Positions 11,943-25,379 of a stretch of 39,839 nucleotides of DNA are shown here, in pieces. The position numbers were made by a program, and so were the translations under genes. The notes beneath the pieces are model-generated. The model was not told where the DNA came from. It searched no databases and was given only the letters and a program-made list of their open reading frames with translations. Positions within the stretch are counted from its first letter, which is position 1, and every line of letters starts with the position of its first letter. The DNA comes from Octopus bimaculoides. Lineage: Eukaryota. The stretch is from the NCBI RefSeq assembly GCF_001194135.2, contig NC_068982.1, positions 101,870,102 to 101,909,940 of the forward strand, in the 5' to 3' direction.

Positions 11943-12043
11943 TTATACACATGCTATATATACTTACATTAAAATACATTAATATCGAAAAATTACAATA
12001 TATATATATATATATATATATAAAGGATAAACGATATAGAACC

Positions 12044-12135
12044 CCGTCGGTCACAAATGACCATGAGGTTGCACCTAGAAAGTTACCTTCCGATGCGCAA
12101 GTCCGAGCAAGGTTGTTTGTGAAAGACTAGCTGTA
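12044..12135 (-). mobile_element. SINE/LINE 3'-end fragment (paralog at 30405-30510)
   Basis: TCGGTCACAAATGACCATGAGGTTGCACCTAGAAAGTTACCTTCCGATGCGCAAGTCCGAGCAAGGTTG matches TTCGGTCACGAATAATCATGGGATTACACCTAAAATGTTCCCCTCCGAGGTACAAGTCCG at about 30407. The strand is inferred from a recalled consensus. Confidence 0.7.
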
Positions 12136-12525
12136 GCCTTCTGGACTTTTTCAATGTGCTCTCATGTTCAGTGACGGAATAATTGTCTGTACTATATATA
12201 AGGATTTAAAGAACTACAATAACTGTGAAGAACTAATATAATCTAATTGGCGGGAATGAGACAGAGTTAAATATTAGAAGTTGTAGTTGTAAATATATAA
12301 GGTGTTCGCATCCGTTTTGAGTGCTAAGTGGATCTGAGAGTTTGTATAAGAGAAGATTTAATATCCATCCATCCAATCACACCAATTCTCCTTTTACCAA
12401 ATTTATTGCACGGCAATACTTTCCTGTAAATTATAACCAAATTATGACTATTTGGAAAATTAGTGAAATTTTCAGTCCTCGTATTCCCTCCCATCTGACT
12501 TTCTCTTTCGCCACAGCATGAATAT

Positions 12526-12690
12526 CCTGTTGATGCAACGACTACCAAAATTACGGATTTCAGTATCGTCTTCGGATGTTTTCGGCAGCCATTTTCATCC
12601 ATTTCTTAAAAAATCTATTCCATTTTATATTGAATAAGGTACATATCACATATTTACTTTCAGAGTAATTTCGCAGCAGCACACAGTGAT
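12526..12690. repeat. Unclassified dispersed repeat, copy 2
   Basis: Colinear with 9445-9620. Confidence 0.85.
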
Positions 12691-13344
12691 GATTTTAATC
12701 AGTTACGTACATTTTCATTATTTTAGTTTAGTTTCATCCAACTTGTCATCGCAGTAGCGTAATGTACATATGCTGGATACCGTATTTTTGAAGCCTGTTC
12801 TAGCGGGATGTCACTTAAGAGCTGCAGCTTTTGCAGACACGTTTCGAGCACCACAATGAACAGAATAGACATGATAGATCGGGGTAAGAATTCTTGATGA
12901 CGAGAGCGTGTAAGATAGGCGTCATTTAGTTTGACTATAACTTGATTCTATATCAATTATTCCCTTTAATGTCACTCTTTACATGCTTTTGATTTCTGCT
13001 ATTAATTCTCGCTTCAGCTGCTCTTAATCCAGTCTACCTAGATGTTTCCTAATGGGAACATCGCTTTCAGCTTTCAGGAGGCGAATCTCTATCTAGGATT
13101 ACAGTTCATATTACACGTTTTATGGTTGACCTAACCAGCCACCTTGAAATACGGGCATTGTATGGTATATAATTCCGAAATAATTACTGTAACTGTACAA
13201 AATTCAAGTGAAGCTGATAATAGAGTATTGTTCTTACATCTGAAGCTTCTATTTTTAAAGCCAACTAGTGATAACGGTGTATGCATTTTAGTCTTGCTCG
13301 ATGTGCTCAGTAACGCACATTCCCAGTTATCAAGACTTAGTTAT

Positions 13345-13805
13345 GATGTGTGTGTGTACAAGCGTGTGCGAGTGTGTCTGTGTGTGCTTGTGTGTGTGCT
13401 TGTGTCTGTGTGTCTGTGTGTATGTGTGTGTGTACGCACACTGTTTTGGGTATTTGTTCTCGTACGTAGTGATACGTCAGTATGTTCTAGCGAAGAAATT
13501 ATTTTAAAAAATCACCCGAGGAAATACATCTTATATTTTGATGGATGATAGTGATTGCACAATCCATTAAATATATCAGTTCACTGATGTTTGAAGACAA
13601 TTGTAGGGATTTGAAGTAAAGATTGTCGTTCAATTCATTTTCTGTTGTCTATGTATGTATGTATGTATGTATGTATGTATGTATGTATGTATATATGTAT
13701 GTATATATTTATGTATGTATGTATGTATGTATGTTTGTATGTATGTATGTATGTATGTGTGTGTGTATGTATGTGTGTGTGTGCGTGAGCGTGTTTGTAT
13801 GTATG
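13345..13805. repeat. (TG)n and (TATG)n microsatellites
   Basis: (TG)n at about 13345-13435 and (TATG)n at about 13650-13805. Confidence 0.93.
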
Positions 13806-14339
13806 TTATTAATTAAAGGTTTGATTCAGTCCCATGCGACGTAAAGTTTTCTAGGCTTCTTACAGAAACCCAGTTTATCGGACTCAGTTAAATAAATTGA
13901 GAGGAAGCAGGCGGTCGCGAATGGCTAACGAAAACTGTGCTACCATTGGTCAAGGAAAGTCACATGGCATTGTAAAAAGTTGAGTCGACAATTGAGCGAT
14001 ACCAGATCCATTATAAAGGAGAATTTCCTAGACCGTGTGGCTGGACAAGAATCTGGTGGCAGAATGTCTAACCGGTCTGTAAAGGCCATTTACATATATG
14101 CACTCGTACATGTACATATTTAAATGTATACATACTCACATCTGTGCATACATACATGCATACATACATATACATACAAACGTAAGTGCATATACACACA
14201 CAAATATAAATATTTGAAAACACGTCTGGGTCGATCAAAGGGAGAATACTTTGAAGGCAGTAAAAGTATAAACATGTAAGTCTAAGTGAATATAGTAGGA
14301 TTGTAAAATTTCTGGGTTTTTTTTTTTTAGTACCCCTTC

Positions 14340-14528
14340 GTGCATAAAAGAAATCATACAAATCGGCACATGCACTGACTCCAAATACTGCACTTATACA
14401 CACATACATGCAGAAAGACACTATTGATGTTTTTGAACTTGCCATGAACTAAATTTAGATCTAGGTTAGAAACCAGCTCTTTCTCTATTGGCAAGAAATC
14501 TTGAAATAAAACTGAATAATGACATACA

Positions 14529-14562
<34 letters not shown>

Positions 14563-14710
14563 CATACACACATACAAAAACCCTGTTGTTGATGTTGACA
14601 TCTCAATGAAGGAGCCTTGGATCTAGGTTTGAAACCAGCTCGTTCTCTATTGTCAAGAAAATCTGCAACAAAAGTGAATAATTATATACTTGAATACATG
14701 CATACATACA
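14340..14710 (+). mobile_element. Two tandem 3'UTR-only copies of the R4/Dong-like element, each ending in (TACA)n
   Basis: GATCTAGGTTAGAAACCAGCTCTTTCTCTATTGGCAAGAAATCTTGAAATAAAACTGAATAATGACATAC (about 14458-14527) and a second copy (about 14582-14705) match 6914-7020. CATAAAAGAAATCATACAAATCGGCA (14343) matches CATAAAACAAAACATATAAATCTGCA in the 3'UTR of copy A (about 6260). Confidence 0.85.
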
Positions 14711-14840
14711 TAATATATTTACTGCCATTCAAAACAATAAGGTGGTTGTCACTCCATGTTGAGTCGTTAGTGTCGTTAAATAATTTGAAAACTGCATTAG
14801 CATCACAGAATCTCATTTCTCTCTTTCCTTTACTTGCTTA

Positions 14841-15150
14841 TTAGGGGTAAAATATGTATACATCATTAACAACTTTTGCACACTCGGGTTATTATTGTGA
14901 GAGTATGAGGATAAACCTATGAGATGTTATTCTTTTACGATTATCATTTTGCCAAGGACTAAAATATGAAATTATATATTTGAGTTTTGTGAAACATTAT
15001 CTGGTTCAGACACATTCAAAATGTTATCGTATAGGCTTCTGAACGTGCCGACTACATTTCAAGGCATGGCTTCCAAAATATGAGACGCATTACACTCACC
15101 AACCCTAATGCATGCCACATTTACGGTGTCAGACAGAGAGAAGACCACAT
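14841..15150 (+). mobile_element. Degenerate Gypsy-like reverse transcriptase fragment
   Basis: FCETLSGSDTFKMLSYRLLNVPTTFQGMASKI* resembles the RT motif TPxGxYEFxxMPFGLxNAPATFQRxMxxIL. It is flanked by LGVKYV...GF and HIYGVRQREDH in shifted frames. Confidence 0.55.
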
Positions 15151-16149
15151 GGATGAAAAAAAAGATGAAAGCTAAAAGAAAATAGATGAAAGTTTCTTGA
15201 AAAGAAAGCCAAAACAAAAATAGTACGGAAAGTAAAATGGCGCAATATATAATAGAAAAATATTTAAATATAAAGCAGACACACACGCACACAAACACAC
15301 ACATGCACACGCACGTACGCACATACATAGATCACACTCACAAACACATGCACACAGACACATCCATACACCAAACACATATATTCACAGTCATAGACAA
15401 ACAGAAATGAATGCAAATACCAACATACAGAGATGTATATGAATACCGACCAAAAAATAAGAAATAAAACACAAGTACAGAGAAAACAGACAAAATTTTG
15501 ACTCGGGTCGACTGAAGTACAAGAAAGTAGAATAACGAGAAATTCAGATCTTTTATTTATTTTTTTCTTTTCGGCCCTTCCCTCCATTATATTTCTGTGA
15601 ATGTCTCCAGAAGAGCGAGCATGTCTGACGACAGCTGCAGAAACAGCAGGCGAATGTTTACTATTGGGTGCGAGCCGTTTCATATCCCAGTGGGAGATTT
15701 ACTAACTCTCAGCTATTATGTTGTGGGTTTTCGAATTGTTGCGCTCGTTGATTACAAACATGATGTTCTAGAAGATAGAAAAAAATAAATTCCGCAAAAA
15801 ATATTTCTGAAATACATTTATTATTTTTATATATCTTTGTATTTTACATCATTAGTCATTTGTGCTGAAAGTTCTCGTGTTGGCATCCACTCACAGTTGG
15901 GGTTAGTTCACTATATTTAGGTATCTAATGACATTGGAAAATGTATGGGCAACGTACCTTCCCATTTCCTCCTCGCTAAAAATGTCTTAGGATTTGTGTT
16001 TATATGCACACCGGTAATTTCACATGTATTTATACACTTGAGCAATACGAAATGTAACTCAGACTATAGGAATCCCGATAAATGTTTAAATTATAAATTT
16101 TACATGAGTCTGGTTATAAGTCGCTTATATACATGCATATTTAAATACA

Positions 16150-16181
<32 letters not shown>

Positions 16182-16646
16182 AAGTGTCACCACGTAGTGA
16201 AACAAGGATATAAACAAGATAGTTACTACAACTTTGCGTTAGAATTAGTTTAACTCCGGCCGCGGTGATGCCAAAGGGTCACAGTTTGTATCTGTATAGA
16301 AAAAGCCTCTTAGTTTTCACAGAGTTCTCAGTAAAACGTAGGTGTTATTGTGATATGAAATGGCTAGTACACCCGCGCACAGTATGATGATTTATAAACT
16401 TAGCAAAATGACAACGTGAGTAGGATATGATGAATCCCTCCCTTTTAGCCCATAGCAAGTCTTTAAACATGCAAATGTGTTTTAAACATGCAAATGTACT
16501 TGTATAGTAAATATTTTATTTTCCCTGCTGTGCTGGTGAATTACACAATTTTTTTACAGTTGTCACTAACACAATATTTAAATTAGCAAACCCTCGCGTG
16601 AGCTAATATGTATTTTGCATATAGTAATGAGCTTTTCTTTCGGCAG

Positions 16647-17223
16647 TACCAAAACAAAATGAGATCAAACATCCCCGATACATCCGCCAAGCCACGCAGA
16701 GTTGGAGGGCAGTGTATTTTTCTTGCTATGACATCACAGAGCAATAATAATTTTGGAATATATAACAGTATTCCGATATACTGCAAAATGTAAGTTTGTG
16801 TGTATATATGTGTCTTCTCTTTGGCCCTCAACTTCCAATGGAGCCGTAAGGGCGCCGTCGTGAAAATGGTAGACCATGCTGCATACCGGATCTCCGATTT
16901 CCGCTAGTGACTTGCATTTGTTCATATTGTACCTTCATCTTCTCCTTTGTCTCTACGTTTTTCTTTCTCCACAGTTCCTTCATGAATGTTTATATGAGGC
17001 CTTAGAATCCACTCAATTCTCACAGCATTCATTACCTTCCGATATTTCGATTGCTAAACTCAGGCATTCCAGGAGAGCCTTACTAAATGTTCTTCCATAA
17101 TGTCAGTTATCTGGGGTCTAGCTCAGACCGATATTTAGTTCAGACCGGCTCCCCCTGGAATTTCTAATCAATAGCAATTGTTAGGATCGAAAAGCTAATG
17201 AATGCTGTGAGAGGAGGAAAAAG
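16647..17223 (+). other. Candidate exon pair (16647-16789, 16975-17223), probably non-coding
   Basis: CTTTTCTTTCGGCAG|, AAAT|GTAAGT, TTTTTCTTTCTCCACAG| and AAG|GTATGT. The spliced product gives only a 53-aa ORF. Confidence 0.3.
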
Positions 17224-17336
17224 GTATGTGGGGGAGATAGAGAGAGAGAGGAGGAGGAACAAGATGTACAGTAAGATGCTCAACTGACCTCGGTTTATAT
17301 TATGTTAGGAGTTTTGAATCATTCTGCATATATTAC

Positions 17337-17337
<1 letters not shown>

Positions 17338-17385
<48 letters not shown>

Positions 17386-17441
17386 ACACATACACATATT
17401 ACTTATGCATATAGATAAATTGATAGATTGATAGAAAGAAG

Positions 17442-17521
<80 letters not shown>

Positions 17522-17522
17522 T
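17338..17522. repeat. (TG)n and (GATA)n microsatellites
   Basis: Directly visible. Confidence 0.95.
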
Positions 17523-17544
17523 GTGTGTGTATTGTGATATGAAA

Positions 17545-17845
17545 GTGTATGTCCAAGTGGTTAGGTTATTCGGCTCACAATCGTAAGGTTGTGAGTTTGA
17601 CACCCCGCAAAGCGTGGTGTTCTTCTGAAACATTATTTCACATTGTTCCAGTCCACTCAGCTGATAGTCATGAGAAGTGCCAGTATTTTAAAAGGCCTCT
17701 ATCACACTGAATTTCCCTGAAAACAACGTTAAGGGTACGCGTGTCTGTGCATTGCTCAGTCACTAGCGCGTTAATTTCACGAGCTGCTTGTTCAGTTGAT
17801 CTGATCAGTTGGAACCCTCATCGTTGTAACTGATAGAGTGCATTA
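17545..17845 (+). mobile_element. tRNA-derived SINE, second family, degenerate
   Basis: tRNA-like head (AGTGGTTAGG...GTGAGTTTGACACCC), central TTCACATTGTTCCAGTCCACTCAGCTG, and tail TTAATTTCACGAGC...GATCAGTTGGAACCCTCATCGTTGTAACTGA that resembles 32140-32310. Confidence 0.7.
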
Positions 17846-18309
17846 TGTGTGTATTGAGTGTGTACAGTGTATGTGCGTCTGTGTGTGCAAAAGAAACACA
17901 TAATAGATAGACGTATAGGAATCTCGCCAATATTTGTGTAGTTCATCTATGTGCAATATCTAATCATTGATAGTGTAAATGATTCAACTGGTCTATGTAA
18001 ATTAAGCTAATTGGAAGAATAGATCTCAAATGTACAGCATAAGGAAATATGGAATAATTATCACAAATTGCTTCTCTAGGTATGTAGATTTGGCGAGGAC
18101 TGCTATCTCACCAGGTATTGGTGAGCTGCTGACAACGACATGTTTAGCCACAAAGAGTTGTTGACATTATGGTTAGTTGGTATATGGATCAACAAGGAAC
18201 AGGCGCATACACAAATCGATTATTTTACTTGTCACTATGAATTAGTTGCGGTGTTAGAAATGAGGTAAACAAGCTTAAAATTACACTACGGGGAATACCT
18301 TGCAAGAGC

Positions 18310-18607
18310 TACATACATACATACATACATACATACATACATACACACACACACATACATACACACTCATACATAATAGACACATACGCACCTGCATACA
18401 TACATAGACACATACATGATAAATATGTACAGACATGCATGCATACATATATACATACACGTACATCATACGTGCATGCATGCATACATACATACATACA
18501 TAAATACATACATAAATGCATAATGCATACATACATATATACATGTATTCATACATAAATACATACATACATACATAAATACATACATAAATACATACAT
18601 ACATACA

Positions 18608-18636
<29 letters not shown>
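18310..18636. repeat. (TACA)n-rich microsatellite
   Basis: Directly visible. Confidence 0.95.
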
Positions 18637-18638
<2 letters not shown>

Positions 18639-18694
18639 GACGGCTGTTAACTTGTACAAAAGTATAACCATCACCGACAAATTATCTTGCAGAT

Positions 18695-19041
18695 GAGTCG
18701 TTCTCAACCATTCTTTTATCAATGAATCCCTGTGGTTGCTATTTTCCTCTGGTGGACCTCCATAGCCATTCGATATTTTAAAACTTGTTTTATAGAAGCG
18801 TCTTACAAAATTACTATTTTGCTTTCCACACATTAACTTGTGTAGGTTGAACTATATAACATGTTAGAGAAGGAAATCCTAATGTTTCTTACAATAAATT
18901 CATCTAAAGCAATTTTTTTTCATAGACTTTTAATATACTACTATGGGTTCCCAATTTAGTATTTTGCTTGTGTGGACACTCAAAAATTTTATACGGACCT
19001 CCAAGGGTTATATTGACCCCGTCTCCAGTTAAGAACTACTG
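18695..19041. mobile_element. Non-autonomous hAT-type DNA transposon (MITE)
   Basis: Imperfect 15-bp TIRs: GAGTCGTTCTCAACC (18695-18709) and AGTTAAGAACTACTG (19027-19041, reverse complement CAGTAGTTCTTAACT), cf. the hAT/Charlie-like end CAGTGGTTCTCAA. The 8-bp flanks TTGCAGAT and TCCGAGAT match at 5 of 8 positions, consistent with a decayed TSD. Confidence 0.7.
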
Positions 19042-19219
19042 TCCGAGATGTTTAAGATAATGGATGTCAGCAAATGCTGAAATTTGAAGGTGATATGTTT
19101 GCACAACTCTGCTAAGATTCTCTCCTACAAAGCTATGCCGTCCAGAAACAAGCGAGAGCAATATCTCCCATTTAGCAAAGTAGCTGGTGTTATTTCAGAA
19201 TTTCCTTCTACTGGACATA

Positions 19220-19320
19220 CATATATGCATACGTATGTTTGTGTGTATATGCATATGTGTGTGTGTGAATATGCTTGTGTGTGTGTGTGCGCGCGTGTGT
19301 GTGTGCGTGTGTGTGCACGT
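19220..19320. repeat. (TG)n/(CG) microsatellite
   Basis: Directly visible. Confidence 0.9.
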
Positions 19321-21349
19321 AAATTTTAACTTACAACCCCTACTCGCTAACAAGTCTGTCGTATGAAATGCAACTGACTTTGAATACCAGTCTTGTATTA
19401 GACATGTGAGATCTAAAGAAATGCAATTTTCAGGCCGTTTGTAGGAGATTTCTTTGAGAAAATGTGCTTTCCGATAATTTAATAATTCCACGCCCAAAAC
19501 GGAATTCTTCCATACAGTGAGCAATTGACCCGATGGCTTTCTAAAATAATGCCATCAAAGTTTTGTGCGAAAAATTATTTACTTGGAAACAATCTTCAAA
19601 ATTCTTTTTCAGATTCGTTACATCCTTCATATATCTGCCCTTCCCTAATAGCGGAAAACACCTTCAATCTGTGTATGTGTATGTGTATGTGTGTGTGTGT
19701 GTGTGTCTCTCTGTCTGTCTGTGTACATGTATGTAAGTATTCGTGTGAGTGTGGATGTATATATGTAAAGTGAATCCGGGTTTAATTTCGATGATACATA
19801 TAAGATAGATAAATAGTAAACATTAGATAAATTTTAAATCATGTCAACAAAGAATTTGATACTTAATGCCTTTGAGATATATGTTACTCGACTATATATT
19901 TACAGAGAATACTGAATAAAGATATATGTATTCACGAACGTGAACTGAATAACATCATGTTGAAATATTATATTGTTTAGTATGTTTAATATATCATGCA
20001 TCTTATATACTACGCATCATGATAAACTTAATATAGAATGCATCGCATGTAACTTATCGGAAATCAAATAATATCTTTAAAAGGCATGACTCGTCACCTC
20101 CATCTTTATATAGGGTATTTGAAACAGGGGAGCTTTTGTCTTTTCCAAATGAATAAAACAAAAGTAGAAGAATTTTTCGCACATAATTGAATTTATCACT
20201 GCATAATTCAGAAGCTTAATGTAGTTATAAAACACTGTGTATGACGAACAGTTTGGTTTCGATCCTCTGTTGAGAATATTACATCTTATTTAGTTACTGC
20301 TGCTGCATTTCAGATAATCATAGAGACCAGTCCCTTCCACACTCGTATATTTACCGTCTTTACATAATGCTAATAACTTAAGAGTTTTTAGAGGAAAACA
20401 TTAGACTGCAAAATAAAATACCATGATGTACTTAATTACATTGCTTTGCTTTTAGAATTGAGGCTTGATTTTTGCTTTTTATCCTTCCTCTGTCAATAAA
20501 TTAAATACCAGTCATGCATCCGGGTTGTTAATGTTACCCAATAATCAATCAGTTTACATGCATAATTTCAAAAACTTGTCGTTGCGTTCTAGTGCAAGTC
20601 TAAATTTATTATTCTCATATCGACTACAGTAAAATTCTGAAGATAATAGAATGCCTCATCGTATACTACCCTGCAACTTGTGCATAGCACAGTGTCGTTA
20701 ACAAGATCTGAACTGTCAACTCTTCGGTTAACTACGTGACACTTGTCATATCTTTAGGCCAGCTGCTATTACAAGAGAGGATTTGATGTACACAGGCTAT
20801 ATCGTATGTCATGATTAAAACGATATGAATATCATAACATATGTATGACACATATAGTATTTTTAAGACTGATGCGAGAGGCAGCTGTATAAACTTCAAA
20901 TCCTCAAGCAAGTACGGTTCTTACTGATATGAAACAAGACAAGGTGGGGAGAAGAATGGTTATTCTCTAAAATCGCATTTAGGCCAGCAACGGTTTATAA
21001 AAATGCAATGAAGTTGCAATGTCCTAGTTTAGTCCCGTATATTTTTTTTAATTCGCATAAATATACATATAAATTAGTGAGAGTTAAGCTCCTGAATGAT
21101 TATGTGTAAGATTCTTAAAAGCGGTACCATTTTGAGTGATCAATTTGTTAGCTTTACTAGGAACACTAGCATAACAATGTACCATTCAGTTCTTTTCTAT
21201 AATATGTCCCTGAGCAAAGGATGAGCCCCGCGCCATATCTTTTTTTTTATATATATAAACACGGATTAGCGCCTAAATCAAGAATAATTACATCAGAAAT
21301 AAGGTGAGCAATTAATTGCATATTCTTTGTTTTGACGATGTTATGAATG

Positions 21350-22300
21350 AGTTACAGAGTAAATAACATTGTGTGCCATCTTAACTAGAGCATTTTTGGT
21401 TAACGCTCCTAAGACGGTAGCAATTCTAGGAGCAAAGATTAAGCAGATCTTAGAGTTGAGTCTAGGTAAGATGAGTTAAGTAGGGATGGAAAAACATCAG
21501 GCTACGGAAGCGCTGTGGGATTTTAAGTAGAGTGAATATGAAGTTATAACATTTAAAGGTGATTGTTGTTGCGGTACAAGGAGTTAAGAGAAGAAAATGT
21601 GTTAGTTTCTAATTTATTGCCAGTTACCGAATTACTATCTTTACATTTGAGCTCTGAGGACGGTTAGTTACTAATCAGAGTCGAAGAACTTTTTGACCCT
21701 GAGGATAATGGCTAGTCTTAGTGATGCAGGCTTAACACAGTTTGGAAATCAATTTAGCATGTCATCAAAGGTTATGAAATGAAAGCAACTACGGTGAATG
21801 TGAGGCCTTTTTGGTTGAATGTTGTAATGTGCAGAAAAGATAGAGTGTAATACTGATTCATTGATAGAAGGTATTTAAATTGTAAAGGGAAGACAGATGC
21901 ACGCGGACATGAGGGAGAAATGAAATGGTAACATTTGAATAGAGTGTGTTGCCAGATTTATCAACAAAAAGGTTATAAATATGCAGATAAAAGAATGCTT
22001 TAGGTATTTTCGAATTTGAAGATAAGCTTACGGGGATTAGAAAGGTTCTCATGAGGACAGACTTTAACAAGGCAGTCAGAACAGAAGCTTTCGGTGAAAT
22101 AGATAATTGACCTACAGTGGGGCATATGAGCTACAAAGTTATCAGAGTGCAGTTGAAAGTGTTGCAGACATCAACAGCAGCATTTCTGCTGCTGAAGTTC
22201 TGATATGCAGAAGATACTTGATGCGTGATGTACAAGGGCAAGCCTCTAGGAGATCGAACAGTGGGAAAATTATATTAGTGGTCACTAAGGGAGAAACATA
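21350..22300 (-). mobile_element. Degenerate CR1/L2/Jockey-group LINE (RT domain and 3' region)
   Basis: Minus-strand translation LSDH*YNFPTVRSPRGL..YITH...AAVDVCNTFN resembles LSDxQYGFRxxRST.DLL...ALDISKAFD. It is followed by FTESFCSDCLVKV (cf. WIxSFLSDRxxxV) and FFYLHIYNL (cf. LFxLYINDL). There are many stops and frameshifts. Confidence 0.7.
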
Positions 22301-25300
22301 ATCTCAGGCTGATGGCTGTCGCCTTAATTCCTCCTACTAATTTAAGATATTTCACACCCTTTATGCTACTAATGCTTTTCAGAAAGTCATAAAATCAAAA
22401 CACATTGTCTTTTCTCTGTCCATTGAATATATCAATATACGTAATATGTTTGGATTACAACGATAATATAACTAGATTTTTATTCTAGATTGAAATTATA
22501 TATCTTCAACTTAGTTTTCTCATTCCTTCAGAAAGCATGAACATCACTCAGACTTATTCAATCCTCTTATACATTTGTGATCTTTGTACATATGCGCGTA
22601 TATGATGAATATCTACGATTCATCGAATGTGGAACATACGGTGAATTTTGTAGCAATATAAGGGAGCATCAAAATCTGTTTTTGTAACTTTCTACACTAG
22701 AAATGTTTATAGCTATTTTGGAATTTTCTAAATGTGGACGAAAAAGAGAATCTGATGTTTCTACAATTAAAACGACTTGTCATAGTTGTAGAAAAAATAC
22801 ATATAGTATTGGTATATCTTTGGTCATTCGAACACCTTCTAATGTATAAATTTATTTCCTAATAATTGCTGATGCAATAATTACACTTTCAGACAATCAT
22901 TTTCCAGCTTGGTGCCACAAAAACAACGAACCCAAATACAGAGGCTCCAACCAGCCGAGAACACATCTATTTTGCTTATGTTGCTCTAGCTGTTGATATC
23001 ATTGTTGTTTGTTGTTTCTAGCGTTTTCATTTGTTTATGTTTTTTTTGTATTTTGCTTCTTTTTTTTTTCCTTTTTCGTATTAGTGTCATTCCATACGCA
23101 TAAGTACAGTTTACTGGTTATTGACAAAACATGCCTCTAGTAATACTCCCTTTCACACACCGATTCCTCAAATAATATATTTTAACGTCATTACACGCCA
23201 ACCTAAACCACTGCTACAAACGAGAAAATTGGGTTCTGGAAACCTATTCTGCTCAACTTAACAGCGCGACGACAATGACAAAAAAAAAAGCAACAACATA
23301 AGCAGCATGGCAACAACAATACAAAAAATATTCATAATAAATGACTAAATAAATATATAAATAAGTAAATGAAAATACCAAATTCTTTTTTCAACAAATA
23401 TATTTTCTGCCATTGATTTTTATCTCTTTCTTTAAAAAAAAAAAAAAATTCAAGAATTATCTCATATGTAATATCATCTGAACGGAAAAGAAATCTGAAA
23501 ATTTCTTATTAGTTTTTTGAATACTTTTTTTATTTTAATAAATAATGAAAATAATGTAACCGGTGATATTGATTTGTAGCCTACTCACAAAACCTCGGAT
23601 TTATAATACAAAGAAAAATCATGCTTGATTATGTTCATACCTTCCTTTAGATAATAAACGAAGTGATATACCAAAACCAGGAATCAAAACCGTATTTCAA
23701 ACTACATTTTGAGCTAGCTTTCGGTTTTGTACATTAATTCATGCAGATTTCTAATCGGAGGAACTTTTTATTACGGTCTCTAAACTGTGAGAAAGAGAAG
23801 GATAGGTTTTCTTGAGATTGGTAGCCTAAACCGAATGTGCTATAAAGACAGCCATAGATGTTGCTACTAAATAAACTGATAGATTATGTGTATTACACAC
23901 AAACAGAAATAATTCATCGAATATTTTCAAACATTTCCTCCTACCAAGTTACACTTTCGGAAATTTTGTTGTACCGAGGCTATAACAGAATATGTTTTTG
24001 CCAAAGATAAAAGACGTCACACAGTGAAAACTGCTTAATAAAGCAGCCATACCTGCACTCATGATTTATGTTGCTACGCCATATGAGACGGTAGAAGTCC
24101 AGTTAATAGTCAGCTGTTTTGTGGGGTAAAATCATTCTGTTAAAATATCCTGTTTTTCTGTTGATTTAGTACACTGATATAGCAAAATTTGTTTAGAAAG
24201 AATTAATGCATTTGAGCTAAATGTGCAAGATTCCGCATTTACATATATAGAATACAATGACACTTCTCCTCCAAAATTATTTTGGATTACTAGAGAAAAT
24301 GGAACCCATAGAAACAAAACAAAAGAATAAAAGAGTAAAAGAAACTCTGGGTAACTGAATAAGGTGCTCGAACCTAGAATGTCGGTTACACCGAATCTAT
24401 AGAAAGTTACTGTAACGTTTAAACTCTTTCAAATCATTGCAAAATACTGTCACAATGTTTGAAATTTCAATAAGTTATTCAGCTGACAGACGATGTGTCG
24501 TGAATCTTAGTTTATATTCCTGAGAAAAGTGGAAAATTTTCAGTTCTTTTATCAGTTTGTTCAGCTGTATGATGGGTCGCAGTTGCAGAATAAAAGTTTC
24601 AAGTTTCAGATGCGGGCTAAATTTAAAATAACGAATTTGGTTGTAAAATAAGTGTCCATTGAGAGGGTCCTAAATGTAAGAATTTAATAACAGCTCTGTG
24701 AATAAATTTTCAGTCCAGAATTTTAATGAATAATTGTGAGTTCGTATCCCGTAAGTTGGGCAACATTTTACACTTGATATTTCAATTAATGTTTTCTCTT
24801 AAAAAGTTTCAATGCAGAACATCAGAAGAGAAAGTGTGTGCATTTTGTGTGAGTATGTGTGTGTATAGTTGATCTTGGGATAAGTGGAAGCGGTGAAATA
24901 AATTGGTGGCTTACAATGGAGAGATCGAATCTCTCCCAACCAAAGAGAAAAAAGATTAAAATCAAAACGAAATCAACAACGATAACGCAAACAAATTTGA
25001 TACTCTCTCCTGAGTTTTCAGAAAATTCAAGCCAATAAATGTTGGCATTAGATGATTTTCTTGGAATTGTACAAATAAATTGCCATCGGCATTTTGGCAT
25101 TCAGTTTTAATGGCAGCATCTTAGTGAAGCAGAATAGAAAACTTAAGTTCCTTTGGACACTTTGCTATTCCATGTTCACTAAAATATAAATAAAATACTG
25201 CTTTATAGCTTGATTTAAAAAAAAATTTTATCATAATAAATAGGGCGAGTTTATTGCTGAAATTCTCTGGCTGCGCTGGTCTGGAACATATTTAAATTTT

Positions 25301-25379
25301 GGATATATATTTTTTTCTTTTTTTTTTTAGGATTGATGAATAAGAGATAAGTGCATGAGATTCTGCGTTTAGATGTCAA

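Noticed and set aside
22970-23320. Short inverted match GCTTATGTTG / CAACATAAGC
   Set aside because: Only 10 bp within T-rich and A-rich low-complexity flanks, with no TSD or extended TIR.
24916-25038. Short ORF MERSNLSQPKRKKIK with an NLS-like motif
   Set aside because: Only 40 aa, and the lysine content is explained by A-rich composition.
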